From NCBI RefSeq assembly GCF_057098645.1, contig NZ_CM169472.1: 64,000 nt of DNA. The stretch is one strand, 5' to 3'. The position numbers and the translations under genes are program-made. Below the pieces are notes generated by a model, which saw nothing but the letters and a program-made list of their open reading frames with translations, ran no database searches and was not told where the DNA came from. Position 1 is the stretch's first letter. The number at the start of each line of letters is the position of its first letter. Positions 50,726 to 61,807 of this stretch are shown here, one piece after another.

Positions 50726-53700
50726 GTGAATATGGCAGTAAAGATTTCAGGTGTACTGAAAGACGGCACAGGAAAACCGGTACAGAACTGCACAATCCAG
50801 CTGAAAGCAAAACGTAACAGCACCACGGTGGTGGTGAACACGCTGGCCTCAGAAAATCCGGATGAAGCCGGGCGTTACAGCATGGACGTTGAGTACGGGC
50901 AGTACAGCGTTATTCTGTTGGTGGAGGGATTCCCGCCGTCACATGCCGGGACCATCACCGTGTATGAAGATTCCCGACCCGGTACGCTGAATGATTTTCT
51001 CGGTGCCATGACGGAGGATGATGCCCGTCCTGAGGCACTGCGCCGTTTTGAACTGATGGTGGAAGAGGTGGCGCGTAACGCGTCCGCGGTGGCACAGAAC
51101 ACGGCAGCCGCGAAGAAGTCAGCCAGCGATGCCGGCACATCAGCCCGTGAGGCGGCAACCCATGCGACTGATGCTGCAGGCTCAGCACGCGCAGCCAGCA
51201 CGTCAGCCGGACAGGCCGCGTCGTCGGCTCAGTCAGCGTCTTCCAGCGCAGGAACGGCATCAACAAAGGCCAGTGAAGCATCGAAAAGTGCTGCTGCTGC
51301 AGAGTCCTCAAAAAGCGCGGCGGCTACCAGTGCCGGTGCGGCGAAAACGTCAGAAACGAATGCTGCAGCGTCACAAAAATCTGCAGCCACTTCTGCATCC
51401 ACCGCGACCACGAAAGCGTCAGAAGCTGCCACCTCAGCCCGGGATGCAGCGGCCTCAAAAGAGGCAGCGAAATCATCAGAAACGAGCGCAGCCTCGAGCG
51501 CCAGTAATGCCGCTTCCTCGGCAACAGCGGCAGGAAATTCCGCGAAGGCGGCAAAAACGTCCGAGACGAACGCCAGGTCTTCTGAAACGGCAGCGGAACA
51601 GAGCGCCTCAGCTGCGGCAGACTCTGAGACAACAGCTGCATCATCGGCCCGTGAGGCGTCCATTAAGGCAGAGGAGGCAGCAGTCAGTGCCACCGCCGCC
51701 GGAAAATCGGCAGAAAGCGCCGCATCATCCGCTTCAACAGCCACAACGAAGGCTGGCGAAGCCACTGAACAGGCCAGCGCAGCAGCGAGGTCTGCTTCCG
51801 CAGCGAAGACATCCGAAACGAACGCGAAAGCGTCGGAAACCAGCGCAGAATCCTCAAAAACGGCTGCCGCATCGTCCGCCAGTTCGGCGGCGTCATCGGC
51901 ATCATCGGCGTCTGCTTCAAAAGATGAGGCGACCAGACAGGCGTCAGCAGCGAGGGGCAGCGCCACGACGGCATCCACGAAGGCGACAGAGGCTGCTGGC
52001 AGTGCGGCAGCGGCAGCACAGAGCAAAAGTACGGCAGAATCCGCAGCAACGCGCGCCGAGACAGCAGCAAAACGGGCAGAGGATATTGCATCCGCCGTGG
52101 CGCTTGAGGATGCGAGCACGACGAAAAAGGGGATAGTACAGCTCAGCAGTGCGACCAACAGCACTTCCGAGTCACTGGCGGCAACGCCAAAAGCCGTTAA
52201 GGCCGCGTATGACCTGGCTAACGGGAAATACACCGCACAGGATGCAACGACAGCACAGAAAGGGATAATCCAGCTAAGCAGCGCGACCAACAGCACGTCT
52301 GAAACGCTGGCGGCAACGCCAAAGGCAGTAAAAGCAGCCAATGACAATGCTGAGAAACGTCTGCAGAAAGATCAGAACGGTGCGGATATCCCTGGCAAAG
52401 ACACCTTTACGAAAAATATTGGTGCCTGCCGTGCCTTCGGTGGGTCAGTAAGCACAACAACAGGAAACTGGACGACTGCACAGTTTATCGAGTGGCTGGA
52501 TTCTCAGGGAGCATTTAACCATCCATACTGGATGTGCAAGGGTTCCTGGTCTTATGGCAATAATAAAATCATTACTGATACTGGCTGCGGTAATATTCAT
52601 CTCGCCGGAGCTGTCATTGAAGTAATGGGGATAAAGTCAGCGATGACGATCCGCATTACCACACCGACCACCTCCACTGGTGGTGGAACAACTAACGCCC
52701 AGTTTACCTATATTAATCACGGAACAGATTATTCACCTGGCTGGCGAAGGGACTATAACTCCAGAAATAAGCCAACGGCATCAGAGATCGGGGCGTTACC
52801 GTCAGGTGGAACAGCAGTATCATCAGTTAATCTGTCTTCAAAAGGTCGGGTAACCGCGCTGACAGACAATACGCAGGGGGCAACAGGTCTTGAGTTATAC
52901 GAGGTGTATAACAACGGATATCCAACAGCGTATGGAAATATCATTCACCTGAAAGGGATGACAGCCGTTGGCGAAGGTGAGTTACTCATCGGCTGGAGTG
53001 GTACAAGCGGTGCTCATGCTCCGGCATTTATTCGTTCACGACGGGATACGACCGACGCAAACTGGTCGCCGTGGGCGCAGCTTTACACCTCGGCTCATCC
53101 TCCTGCAGAGTTTTATCCAGTCGGTGCACCAATCCCGTGGCCATCAGATACCGTTCCGTCTGGTTATGCCCTGATGCAGGGGCAGACTTTTGACAAATCT
53201 GCTTACCCGAAACTTGCAGCCGCTTATCCGTCAGGCGTGATCCCTGATATGCGTGGCTGGACGATTAAGGGCAAGCCCGCCAGTGATCGAGCCGTATTGT
53301 CTCAGGAACAGGACGGCATTAAATCACACACCCACAGCGCCAGCGTATCCAGTACGGATTTGGGGACGAAAACCACATCGTCGTTTGATTACGGCACTAA
53401 ATCCACGAATAACACTGGTGCGCATACCCATAGTGTTAGCGGTACGGCTGCTTCAGCCGGTGCACATACCCATTCGATGACATTTGTTTCAGGTGGTTCC
53501 AGTGGTGCTCCGGGAAGTGGATCACCTGATTACTCTAAATACAGTGTTAACACTTCTTCTGCAGGCGCTCATACGCACTCTGTATCGGGTACTGCTGCAA
53601 GCGCAGGTGCACACGCACATACTGTCGGTATTGGTGCTCATACGCACTCCGTTGCGATTGGTTCACATGGACATACCATCACCGTTAACGCTGCTGGTAA

Positions 53701-53755
53701 CGCGGAAAACACCGTCAAAAACATCGCATTTAACTATATTGTGAGGCTTGCATAA
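50726..53755 (+). CDS. Side tail fiber protein (Stf-like) with a long Ala/Ser/Thr-rich repeat region and C-terminal GAHTHS repeats
   Basis: 1009 aa; residues ~120-470 are low-complexity repeats; C-terminal [20 protein letters not shown] tail-fibre repeat motifs. Confidence 0.85.
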   Translation: MNMAVKISGVLKDGTGKPVQNCTIQLKAKRNSTTVVVNTLASENPDEAGRYSMDVEYGQYSVILLVEGFPPSHAGTITVYEDSRPGTLNDFLGAMTEDDARPEALRRFELMVEEVARNASAVAQNTAAAKKSASDAGTSAREAATHATDAAGSARAASTSAGQAASSAQSASSSAGTASTKASEASKSAAAAESSKSAAATSAGAAKTSETNAAASQKSAATSASTATTKASEAATSARDAAASKEAAKSSETSAASSASNAASSATAAGNSAKAAKTSETNARSSETAAEQSASAAADSETTAASSAREASIKAEEAAVSATAAGKSAESAASSASTATTKAGEATEQASAAARSASAAKTSETNAKASETSAESSKTAAASSASSAASSASSASASKDEATRQASAARGSATTASTKATEAAGSAAAAAQSKSTAESAATRAETAAKRAEDIASAVALEDASTTKKGIVQLSSATNSTSESLAATPKAVKAAYDLANGKYTAQDATTAQKGIIQLSSATNSTSETLAATPKAVKAANDNAEKRLQKDQNGADIPGKDTFTKNIGACRAFGGSVSTTTGNWTTAQFIEWLDSQGAFNHPYWMCKGSWSYGNNKIITDTGCGNIHLAGAVIEVMGIKSAMTIRITTPTTSTGGGTTNAQFTYINHGTDYSPGWRRDYNSRNKPTASEIGALPSGGTAVSSVNLSSKGRVTALTDNTQGATGLELYEVYNNGYPTAYGNIIHLKGMTAVGEGELLIGWSGTSGAHAPAFIRSRRDTTDANWSPWAQLYTSAHPPAEFYPVGAPIPWPSDTVPSGYALMQGQTFDKSAYPKLAAAYPSGVIPDMRGWTIKGKPASDRAVLSQEQDGIKSHTHSASVSSTDLGTKTTSSFDYGTKSTNNTGAHTHSVSGTAASAGAHTHSMTFVSGGSSGAPGSGSPDYSKYSVNTSSAGAHTHSVSGTAASAGAHAHTVGIGAHTHSVAIGSHGHTITVNAAGNAENTVKNIAFNYIVRLA

Positions 53756-54336
53756 TGGCATTCAGAATGAGTGAACAACCACGGACCATAAAAATTTATA
53801 ATCTGCTGGCCGGAACTAATGAATTTATTGGTGAAGGTGACGCATATATTCCGCCTCATACAGGTCTGCCTGTAAACAGTACCTATATTGCACCGCCAGA
53901 TATTCCGGCTGGTTTCGTGGCTGTTTTCAACAGTGATGAGTCATCGTGGCATCTCGTTGAAGATCATCGGGGTAAAACGGTTTATGACGTGGCTTCCGGC
54001 GACGCGTTATTTATTTCTGAACTCGGTCCGTTACCGGAAAATGTTACCTGGTTATCGCCGGAAGGGGAGTTTCAGAAGTGGAACGGCACAGCCTGGTTGA
54101 AGGATACGGAAGCAGAAAAACTGTTCCGGATCCGGGAGGCGGAAGAAACAAAAAACAACCTGATGCAGGTAGCCAGTGAGCATATTGCGCCGCTTCAGGA
54201 TGCTGCAGATCTGGAAATTGCAACGGAGGAAGAAATCTCGTTGCTGGAAGCATGGAAAAAGTATCGGGTATTGCTGAACCGTGTTGATACATCAACTGCA
54301 CCTGATATTGAGTGGCCAGCAGCACCTGTAGGATAA
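53755..54336 (+). CDS. tfa: Tail fiber assembly protein (Tfa)
   Basis: 193 aa following and coupled to stf; C-terminal ...[23 protein letters not shown]... Confidence 0.85.
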   Translation: MAFRMSEQPRTIKIYNLLAGTNEFIGEGDAYIPPHTGLPVNSTYIAPPDIPAGFVAVFNSDESSWHLVEDHRGKTVYDVASGDALFISELGPLPENVTWLSPEGEFQKWNGTAWLKDTEAEKLFRIREAEETKNNLMQVASEHIAPLQDAADLEIATEEEISLLEAWKKYRVLLNRVDTSTAPDIEWPAAPVG

Positions 54337-54434
54337 AACAAAAACTTTATATAGAGTGCTCTTTTTACAATGTCAGATAAATGCTGGCCGAAATGTAATT
54401 CATTAGAAGTAAAAAACAGAATGGTTTGAGGGTG

Positions 54435-54480
54435 TGTCATCCCTTTATTATTAATAGTGAAAGGGATGACATTCTTTTTT
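54435..54480 (+). terminator. Strong intrinsic terminator after the tail fiber operon
   Basis: tgtcatccctttattattaatagtgaaagggatgaca followed by ttctttttt. Confidence 0.75.
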
Positions 54481-54676
54481 AAGGAGTGTCTTTTTTATCG
54501 GAATATAAGTTGAGATAATGTTTAACTCGATTATAAAAATGTTTTTTCTTATCTCTTGGAATGCTTACTATTATATGCATTATGGGGCTTGTGTTTGCCG
54601 ATAATTTAGCTGATGCATACATTGAAGCAAGGAATTCAATATCAGTATTGTCAAAATTAAAACTTTCTCCATCCAT
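54479..54676 (-). CDS. Hypothetical small ORF in an AT-rich insert
   Basis: 65-aa ORF in very AT-rich DNA; no motif; may be non-coding. Confidence 0.25.
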   Translation of the reverse strand: MDGESFNFDNTDIEFLASMYASAKLSANTSPIMHIIVSIPRDKKKHFYNRVKHYLNLYSDKKDTP

Positions 54677-54996
54677 TTCAATTCCTTATGTGTTTGGCTC
54701 GGTATACTGTATCCCATGAGATTTTACGTAAATTGTCATATCTAATATTGCAATTATAATTGTAGCTAATTATTTTAAATTAGGTGAAAGTTTATTGCGA
54801 ATGATTAACTCGGAAAAAAAGATTTCTCACGGTTAGTAAGTATATTAGGTCAGTATTCAGATATGAGTAGTGTTAACGACTAAATTTGCAATCACATATA
54901 GATTTTTGTTCTAATAAAGATGTTTTATTTGGCGATTCGTCAAGCATCTCCACTTAAGCAATCGTATATATTAAGAGTGCAAAAGAGAAGGGACAA

Positions 54997-55095
54997 CGTT
55001 GCTCGCACTCTGGAATAAATATCGGGTATTGTTAAAGTGTGGTGATACATAATTGTACGGGATATTGAGTGGCCTGAAGTCCCAGTCATTGAGTA
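54997..55095 (+). pseudogene. Remnant of a tail fiber assembly gene 3' end
   Basis: ...ctggaataaatatcgggtattgttaaagtgtggtgatacat... is ~70% identical to the tfa 3' end at 54255..54336; reading frame broken. Confidence 0.6.
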
Positions 55096-55213
55096 ATCTT
55101 TTCGTGATATGCCGCAGAAACGTTGTATGCAGGAACGTGCTGCGGCTAACTGGTGAACTTTCGATAGTGCGGGTATTGAATGATTTCCAGCCGTTACCGA
55201 TTTTACGTGCTAA

Positions 55214-55462
55214 TTAGTGAACAAACCACTCGTCAGCAGACTCCCAGGTATCTTTCAGAGTTTCCTGAACAAAAGTTTTAGCTGAATCTTTATCGGCAGT
55301 GCGCGTAACAGAAAGGCCATCGTTGCTGGTGGTTTTTACGATCACCTCTACATCGTCATAACGCTTACTGATGCGTCGAGTTAATTCTTCCTTTAACGCA
55401 TCCACAGCACCGTTTGGCATTTTAGTCATTTTCTCTTTGGCTATGCAGATCTCAATACGCAT
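55214..55462 (-). CDS. DinI-like protein (SOS-regulated RecA modulator family)
   Basis: 82 aa, [11 protein letters not shown]...[16 protein letters not shown] closely parallels chromosomal DinI. Confidence 0.85.
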   Translation of the reverse strand: MRIEICIAKEKMTKMPNGAVDALKEELTRRISKRYDDVEVIVKTTSNDGLSVTRTADKDSAKTFVQETLKDTWESADEWFVH

Positions 55463-55477
55463 AAAAATCCCTCTACA

Positions 55478-55521
55478 CTGTGTTTGTATACAGTATTATT
55501 TTTAACTGTATGAATAAACAG
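55478..55521. promoter_or_regulatory. Two tandem LexA boxes (CTGT-N8-ACAG) in the dinI-like promoter
   Basis: CTGTgtttgtatACAG at 55478..55493 and CTGTatgaataaACAG at 55506..55521, directly upstream of the minus-strand dinI-like start. Confidence 0.8.
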
Positions 55522-55546
55522 TGTCAATAGAACAAAGATTGCTGCA

Positions 55547-55662
55547 TGTACAAATGTTCTTTGGCTACAAATACACCTACTGATCATGTTCTGCTATGCT
55601 CTGATACCTCCAAAATGTACAATCAGCGGCATGAATTTTTCTTTGTACATATGATTGTACAT
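55547..55662. promoter_or_regulatory. TGTACA motif cluster on the attR arm / phage-supplied prfC promoter region
   Basis: TGTACA at 55547, 55616, 55644 and 55657; mirrors the cluster at attL. Confidence 0.4.
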
Positions 55663-55681
55663 AATCAAAGAGACAACAATT

Positions 55682-57268
55682 ATGACAAGCCTTTTGGCCG
55701 CAGAGGTAGCGAAAAGAAGAACCTTTGCAATTATTTCTCACCCGGACGCCGGTAAGACTACCATCACCGAGAAGGTGCTGCTGTTCGGACAGGCCATTCA
55801 GACTGCCGGTACAGTAAAAGGCCGTGGTTCCAACCAGCACGCTAAGTCGGACTGGATGGAGATGGAAAAGCAGCGTGGGATCTCCATTACTACGTCTGTG
55901 ATGCAGTTTCCGTATCACGATTGCCTGGTTAACCTGCTCGACACCCCGGGGCACGAAGACTTCTCGGAAGATACCTACCGTACCCTGACGGCGGTGGACT
56001 GCTGCCTGATGGTTATCGACGCCGCAAAAGGTGTTGAAGATCGTACCCGTAAGCTGATGGAAGTTACCCGTCTGCGCGACACGCCGATCCTCACCTTTAT
56101 GAACAAACTTGACCGTGATATCCGCGACCCGATGGAATTGCTCGATGAAGTTGAGAACGAGCTGAAAATTGGCTGCGCACCGATCACCTGGCCAATTGGC
56201 TGCGGCAAGCTGTTTAAAGGCGTTTACCACCTTTATAAAGATGAAACCTATCTCTATCAGAGCGGTAAAGGGCACACCATTCAGGAAGTCCGCATTGTTA
56301 AAGGGCTGAATAACCCGGATCTCGATGCTGCGGTTGGTGAAGATCTGGCACAGCAGCTGCGTGACGAACTGGAACTGGTTAAAGGCGCGTCTAACGAGTT
56401 CGACAAAGAGCTGTTCCTTGCGGGCGAAATCACTCCGGTATTCTTCGGTACTGCGCTGGGTAACTTCGGCGTTGATCATATGCTGGATGGCCTGGTGGAG
56501 TGGGCGCCTGCGCCGATGCCGCGTCAGACCGATACCCGTACCGTAGAAGCGAGCGAAGATAAATTTACCGGCTTCGTATTTAAAATTCAGGCCAACATGG
56601 ACCCGAAACACCGCGACCGCGTGGCGTTTATGCGTGTGGTGTCCGGTAAATATGAAAAAGGCATGAAACTGCGCCAGGTGCGCACTGCGAAAGATGTGGT
56701 GATCTCCGACGCGCTGACCTTTATGGCGGGTGACCGTTCGCACGTTGAAGAAGCGTATCCGGGCGATATCCTCGGCCTGCACAACCACGGCACCATTCAG
56801 ATCGGCGACACCTTTACCCAGGGTGAGATGATGAAGTTCACCGGTATTCCGAACTTCGCACCAGAACTGTTCCGTCGTATCCGCCTGAAAGATCCGCTGA
56901 AGCAAAAACAGCTGCTCAAAGGGCTGGTACAGCTTTCCGAAGAGGGCGCGGTGCAGGTGTTCCGTCCAATCTCCAACAACGATCTGATCGTTGGTGCAGT
57001 TGGTGTGCTGCAGTTTGATGTGGTGGTAGCGCGCCTGAAGAGCGAATACAACGTTGAAGCAGTGTATGAGTCAGTCAACGTTGCCACTGCCCGCTGGGTA
57101 GAATGTGCAGACGCGAAGAAATTCGAAGAGTTCAAGCGTAAGAACGAAAGCCAACTGGCGCTTGATGGCGGCGATAACCTCGCTTACATCGCTACCAGCA
57201 TGGTCAACCTGCGCCTGGCACAGGAACGTTATCCGGACGTTCAGTTCCACCAGACCCGCGAGCATTAA
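55682..57268 (+). CDS. prfC: Peptide chain release factor 3 with a phage-supplied replacement N-terminus
   Basis: Translational GTPase with G1 motif [12 protein letters not shown]; N-terminus [16 protein letters not shown]... replaces native [17 protein letters not shown]... Confidence 0.9.
55730..55743. other. attR core (attatttctcaccc)
   Basis: Exact copy of 12609..12622; phage sequence on the left, native prfC on the right. Confidence 0.7.
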
Positions 57269-57660
57269 TTCTTGCCTCCAGGGCGCGGTAGCCGCTGCGC
57301 CCTGTCAATTTCCCTTCCTTATTAGCCGCTTACGGAATGTTCTTAAAACATTCACTTTTGCTTATGTTTTCGCTGATATCCCGAGCGGTTTCAAAATTGT
57401 GAACTATATTTAACAAAGTGATGACATTTCTGACGGCGTTAAATACCGTTCAATGCGTAGATATCAGTATCTAAAGCCGTCGATTGTCATTCTACCGATA
57501 TTAATAACTGATTCAGAGGCTGTAATGGTCGTTATTCATCACTCATCGCTTTTGTGATGGCGACCATTGACTTCTGTAGAGGGTGAAGTCTCTCCCTATT
57601 CAGCAATGCAACCTCGTGTTGCCAGGCTCAAATTACGAGCAAACATACAGGAATAAATCG

Positions 57661-58266
57661 ATGACTATGACAAGACTGAAGATTTCGAAAACTCTGCTGG
57701 CTGTAATGTTGACCTCTGCCGTCGCGACCGGCTCTGCCTACGCGGAAAACAACGCGCAGACTACCAATGAAAGCGCAGGGCAAAAAGTCGATAGCTCTAT
57801 GAATAAAGTCGGTAATTTCATGGATGACAGCGCCATCACCGCGAAAGTGAAGGCGGCCCTGGTGGATCATGACAACATCAAGAGCACCGATATCTCTGTA
57901 AAAACCGATCAAAAAGTCGTGACCCTGAGCGGTTTCGTTGAAAGCCAGGCCCAGGCCGAAGAGGCAGTGAAAGTGGCGAAAGGCGTTGAAGGGGTGACCT
58001 CTGTCAGCGACAAACTGCACGTTCGCGACGCTAAAGAAGGCTCGGTGAAGGGCTACGCGGGTGACACCGCCACCACCAGTGAAATCAAAGCCAAACTGCT
58101 GGCGGACGATATCGTCCCTTCCCGTCATGTGAAAGTTGAAACCACCGACGGCGTGGTTCAGCTCTCCGGTACCGTCGATTCTCAGGCACAAAGTGACCGT
58201 GCTGAAAGTATCGCCAAAGCGGTAGATGGTGTGAAAAGCGTTAAAAATGATCTGAAAACTAAGTAA
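57661..58266 (+). CDS. osmY: Osmotically inducible periplasmic protein OsmY (two BON domains)
   Basis: [28 protein letters not shown] signal peptide then BON repeats. Confidence 0.9.
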
Positions 58267-58392
58267 TTCGTCGTAATTCGTCCTCCCGAACTTTGTCGGG
58301 AGGCGCGATGTGCACCACACTAAAAATATCGCATTGAGTGATTTTCACGCTCATATCAAGCGGTGACATTAACTATGGTAAAGGAGACGCTT

Positions 58393-58554
58393 ATGTTTCG
58401 TTGGGGCATCATATTTCTGGTTATCGCGTTAATCGCCGCCGCACTTGGGTTTGGTGGTCTGGCCGGTACCGCTGCAGGCGCAGCTAAAATTGTCTTTGTC
58501 GTCGGGATTATTCTGTTCCTGGTGAGTTTGTTCATGGGCCGAAAACGACCCTAG
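58393..58554 (+). CDS. ytjA: Small membrane protein YtjA (DUF1328)
   Basis: 53 aa, [53 protein letters not shown]. Confidence 0.8.
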
Positions 58555-58584
58555 ATTTCAGACCATTAAGAAAATTTTATCCAA

Positions 58585-58610
58585 AGCCAGTCCAGCGGAC
58601 TGGCTTTTGC
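58585..58610 (+). terminator. Intrinsic terminator after ytjA
   Basis: agccagtccagcggactggct followed by tttg. Confidence 0.6.
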
Positions 58611-58675
58611 GGTTTTAGCGAATAATAAATTGCGTTACTTTGTCATTCTTTCACAACAAAAACAGGAAGGCAGAG

Positions 58676-59749
58676 GTGGGGCAGCGAATACCTGTAACGC
58701 TTGGTAATATTGCGCCGTTGTCGCTAAGGCCGTTCCAGCCTGGACGAATAGCTCTGGTGTGCGAAGGCGGCGGACAGCGTGGAATTTTCACGGCTGGCGT
58801 GCTGGATGAGTTTATGCGCGCGCAGTTTAATCCTTTCGATCTTTATCTCGGCACATCTGCCGGGGCGCAGAACCTCTCGGCGTTTATCTGCAATCAGCCC
58901 GGTTACGCGCGCAAAGTCATCATGCGCTATACCACAAAACGCGAATTTTTCGATCCATTGCGCTTTGTCCGTGGAGGAAATCTTATCGATCTCGACTGGC
59001 TGGTGGAGGCCACCGCAAGCCAGATGCCGTTGCAAATGGATACCGCCGCGCGGTTGTTTGACAGCGGCAAATCGTTTTATATGTGCGCCTGTCGTCAGGA
59101 TGACTACGCGCCGAATTACTTTTTACCAACCAAACAAAACTGGCTGGATGTGATTCGCGCCTCCAGTGCGATACCTGGCTTTTATCGTAGCGGAGTGTCG
59201 CTGGAAGGCATTAACTACCTGGATGGCGGGATCAGTGATGCGATTCCGGTTAAAGAGGCGGCAAGGCAGGGCGCTAAAACGTTGGTCGTCATCCGCACTG
59301 TGCCGTCACAAATGTACTACACGCCGCAGTGGTTCAAACGCATGGAACGCTGGCTGGGTGACAGTAGCCTGCAGCCGCTGGTCAATCTGGTGCAGCATCA
59401 TGAAACCAGCTATCGTGACATTCAGCAATTTATTGAGAAACCACCGGGCAAGCTGCGGATATTCGAAATTTATCCGCCGAAGCCATTACATAGTATCGCG
59501 CTTGGCAGTCGGATTCCGGCGCTGCGTGAAGACTATAAACTTGGGCGTTTATGCGGTCGTTATTTCCTCGCCACGGTTGGCAAGCTATTAACTGAAAAAG
59601 CGCCGCTTACCCGCCATCTGGTGCCAGTGGTGACGCCGGAATCGATTGTCATTCCGCCTGCGCCAGTCGCCAACGATACGCTGGTTGCCGAAGTGAGCGA
59701 CGCTCCGCAGGCGAACGACCCGACATTTAACAATGAGGATCTGGCTTGA
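58676..59749 (+). CDS. yjjU: Patatin-like phospholipase YjjU
   Basis: GTG start giving MGQRIPVTLGN...; patatin motifs GGGQRG and GTSAG. Confidence 0.85.
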   Translation: MGQRIPVTLGNIAPLSLRPFQPGRIALVCEGGGQRGIFTAGVLDEFMRAQFNPFDLYLGTSAGAQNLSAFICNQPGYARKVIMRYTTKREFFDPLRFVRGGNLIDLDWLVEATASQMPLQMDTAARLFDSGKSFYMCACRQDDYAPNYFLPTKQNWLDVIRASSAIPGFYRSGVSLEGINYLDGGISDAIPVKEAARQGAKTLVVIRTVPSQMYYTPQWFKRMERWLGDSSLQPLVNLVQHHETSYRDIQQFIEKPPGKLRIFEIYPPKPLHSIALGSRIPALREDYKLGRLCGRYFLATVGKLLTEKAPLTRHLVPVVTPESIVIPPAPVANDTLVAEVSDAPQANDPTFNNEDLA

Positions 59750-60528
59750 TTTGCCGTTTTATCGATACCCACTGCCATTTTGATTTCCCGCCGTTTAGTG
59801 GCGATGAAGAGGCCAGCCTGCAACGCGCGGCACAAGCGGGCGTAGGCAAGATCATTGTTCCGGCGACAGAGGCGGAAAATTTTGCCCGTGTGTTGGCATT
59901 AGCGGAAAATTATCAACCGCTGTATGCCGCATTGGGCTTGCATCCTGGTATGTTGGAAAAACATAGCGATGTGTCTCTTGAACAGCTACAGCAGGCGCTG
60001 GAAAGGCGTCCGGCGAAGGTGGTTGCGGTGGGGGAGATCGGTCTGGATCTCTTCGGCGACGATCCGCAATTTGAGAGGCAGCAGTGGTTACTCGACGAAC
60101 AACTGAAACTGGCGAAACGCTACGATCTGCCGGTGATCCTGCATTCACGGCGCACGCACGACAAACTGGCGATGCATCTTAAACGCCACGATTTATCGCG
60201 CACTGGCGTGGTTCACGGTTTTTCCGGCAGCCTGCAACAGGCCGAGCGGTTTGTACAGCTGGGCTACAAAATCGGCGTAGGCGGTACTATCACCTATCCA
60301 CGCGCCAGTAAAACCCGCGATGTCATCGCAAAATTACCGCTGGCATCGTTATTGCTGGAAACCGACGCGCCGGATATGCCGCTCAACGGTTTTCAGGGGC
60401 AGCCTAACCGCCCGGAGCATGCTGCCCGTGTGTTTGCCGTGCTTTGCGAGTTACGCCCGGAACCCGCGGATGAGATTGCCGAAGTGTTGCTTAATAACAC
60501 GTATGCGGTGTTTAACGTTCGTGGGTAG
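59746..60528 (+). CDS. yjjV: TatD-family metal-dependent hydrolase YjjV
   Basis: IDTHCHFDF N-terminal metal-binding motif of the TatD family. Confidence 0.85.
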   Translation: MICRFIDTHCHFDFPPFSGDEEASLQRAAQAGVGKIIVPATEAENFARVLALAENYQPLYAALGLHPGMLEKHSDVSLEQLQQALERRPAKVVAVGEIGLDLFGDDPQFERQQWLLDEQLKLAKRYDLPVILHSRRTHDKLAMHLKRHDLSRTGVVHGFSGSLQQAERFVQLGYKIGVGGTITYPRASKTRDVIAKLPLASLLLETDAPDMPLNGFQGQPNRPEHAARVFAVLCELRPEPADEIAEVLLNNTYAVFNVRG

Positions 60529-60945
60529 TTTGCCCTTCGTAGGCAGCATCCGGCAGTCGGCGCATAATGCCTGATGCGACGCTTAACGCGTCTTATCATG
60601 CCTACAGGTTTGTGCCGAACCGTAGGCCGGATAAGGCGTTCACGCCGCATCCGGCAGTTGGCGCACAATGCCTGATGCGACGCTTGTCGCGTCTTATCAT
60701 GCCTACAAGTCTGTGCCGAACCGTAGGCCGGATAAGGCGTTCACGCCGCATCCGGCAGTCGGCGCATAATGCCTGATGCGACGCTTGTCGCGTCTTATCA
60801 TGCCTACAGGTTTGTGCCGAACCGTAGGCCGGATAAGGCGTTCACGCCGCATCCGGCAGTTGGCGCACAATGCCTGATGCGACGCTTGACGCGTCTTATC
60901 AGGCCTACAAGTCTGTGCCGAACCGTAGGCCGTATCCGGCATGTC
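60529..60945. repeat. Tandem REP/BIME array (four ~100-bp units)
   Basis: Four repeats of ...gcctgatgcgacgctt(g/a)(t/a)cgcgtcttatcatgcctaca(g/a)g(t)ttgtgccgaaccgtaggccggataaggcgttcacgccgcatccggcagt(c/t)ggcgca(t/c)aat... Confidence 0.85.
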
Positions 60946-61807
60946 ACAAATAGAGCGCCGGAAATATCAACCGGCTCACCCCGCGCACCTTTAATGCATC
61001 AGCCAACGGCTCAACGTCTTCCGGCGTGGCGCTCGCCCAGCTTTGCGCCTCGCCATACACGCCGTGGGCATGAAACGCGTTCAGGCGAACCGGAACATCG
61101 CCAAGTCCCTTGATAAACGCCGCCAGTTCTTCGATGTGTTGCAAATAATCCACCTGGCCTGGGATCATCAGCAAACGCAGTTCCGCCAGCTTGCCGCGCT
61201 CTGCCAGCAAATAGATGCTGCGCTTAATCTGTTGATTATCGCGTCCGGTTAATTGTTGATGACATTCGCTACCCCATGCTTTGAGATCGAGCATTGCGCC
61301 GTCACACACCGGGAGTAATTTTTCCCAGCCGGTTTCGCTCAACATACCGTTACTGTCCACCAGACAGGTGAGATGGCGCAGTTGCGGATCGTTTTTGATA
61401 GCAGTAAACAGCGCCACTACAAACGGCAGTTGGGTCGTGGCTTCGCCGCCGCTTACCGTTATCCCTTCAATAAACAGCACCGCTTTGCGCACATGGCTAA
61501 GCACCTCATCCACGCTCATGGATTGCGCCATTGGCGTGGCATGTTGCGGACACCTCTTCAGGCTGGTATCACATTGCTCGCAGACCACAGCGTTCCACAC
61601 CACTTTGCCGTCAACAATCTGCAACGCCTGATGCGGACACTGTGGCACGCACTCCCCACAGTCATTGCAACGTCCCATCGTCCACGGATTGTGACAGTTT
61701 TTGCAGCGCAGATTGCAGCCCTGCAAAAACAGAGCCAGACGACTGCCTGGCCCGTCAACGCAGGAGAAGGGGATAATCTTACTGACTAAAGCGCATCTGC
61801 TGTTCAT
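60944..61807 (-). CDS. yjjW: Glycyl-radical enzyme activating protein YjjW (radical SAM)
   Basis: N-terminal radical-SAM cysteines ([16 protein letters not shown]) plus ferredoxin-like Cys clusters. Confidence 0.88.
   Translation of the reverse strand: MNSRCALVSKIIPFSCVDGPGSRLALFLQGCNLRCKNCHNPWTMGRCNDCGECVPQCPHQALQIVDGKVVWNAVVCEQCDTSLKRCPQHATPMAQSMSVDEVLSHVRKAVLFIEGITVSGGEATTQLPFVVALFTAIKNDPQLRHLTCLVDSNGMLSETGWEKLLPVCDGAMLDLKAWGSECHQQLTGRDNQQIKRSIYLLAERGKLAELRLLMIPGQVDYLQHIEELAAFIKGLGDVPVRLNAFHAHGVYGEAQSWASATPEDVEPLADALKVRGVSRLIFPALYL

Larger units (their letters stand above)
12609..55743. mobile_element. Lambdoid prophage (~43.1 kb) integrated into the 5' end of prfC
   Basis: Bounded by the duplicated att core; contains integrase, immunity, replication, Q, lysis, terminase, head and lambda-like tail genes in canonical order. 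Confidence 0.9.

Noticed and set aside
51229-52347. 372-aa Ala-rich ORF antisense to stf, and other overlapping ORFs at 51129..52136
   Set aside because: Produced by the repetitive GCN-rich codons of the Stf Ala/Ser repeat region.
55577-56905. 442-aa ORF antisense to prfC
   Set aside because: Completely inside prfC, whose product has clear GTPase motifs; antisense artefact.
57628-58320. 230-aa ORF antisense to osmY
   Set aside because: Overlaps the well-recognised osmY gene on the opposite strand.
60529-60945. Tandem ~100-bp repeats that could look like a CRISPR array
   Set aside because: Units are ~100 bp with no unique spacers and consist of REP-type palindromes (gccggatgcggcgtgaacgccttatccggcctacg); this is a REP/BIME array between yjjV and yjjW, and the ORFs predicted through it (60320..61113 set) are spurious.
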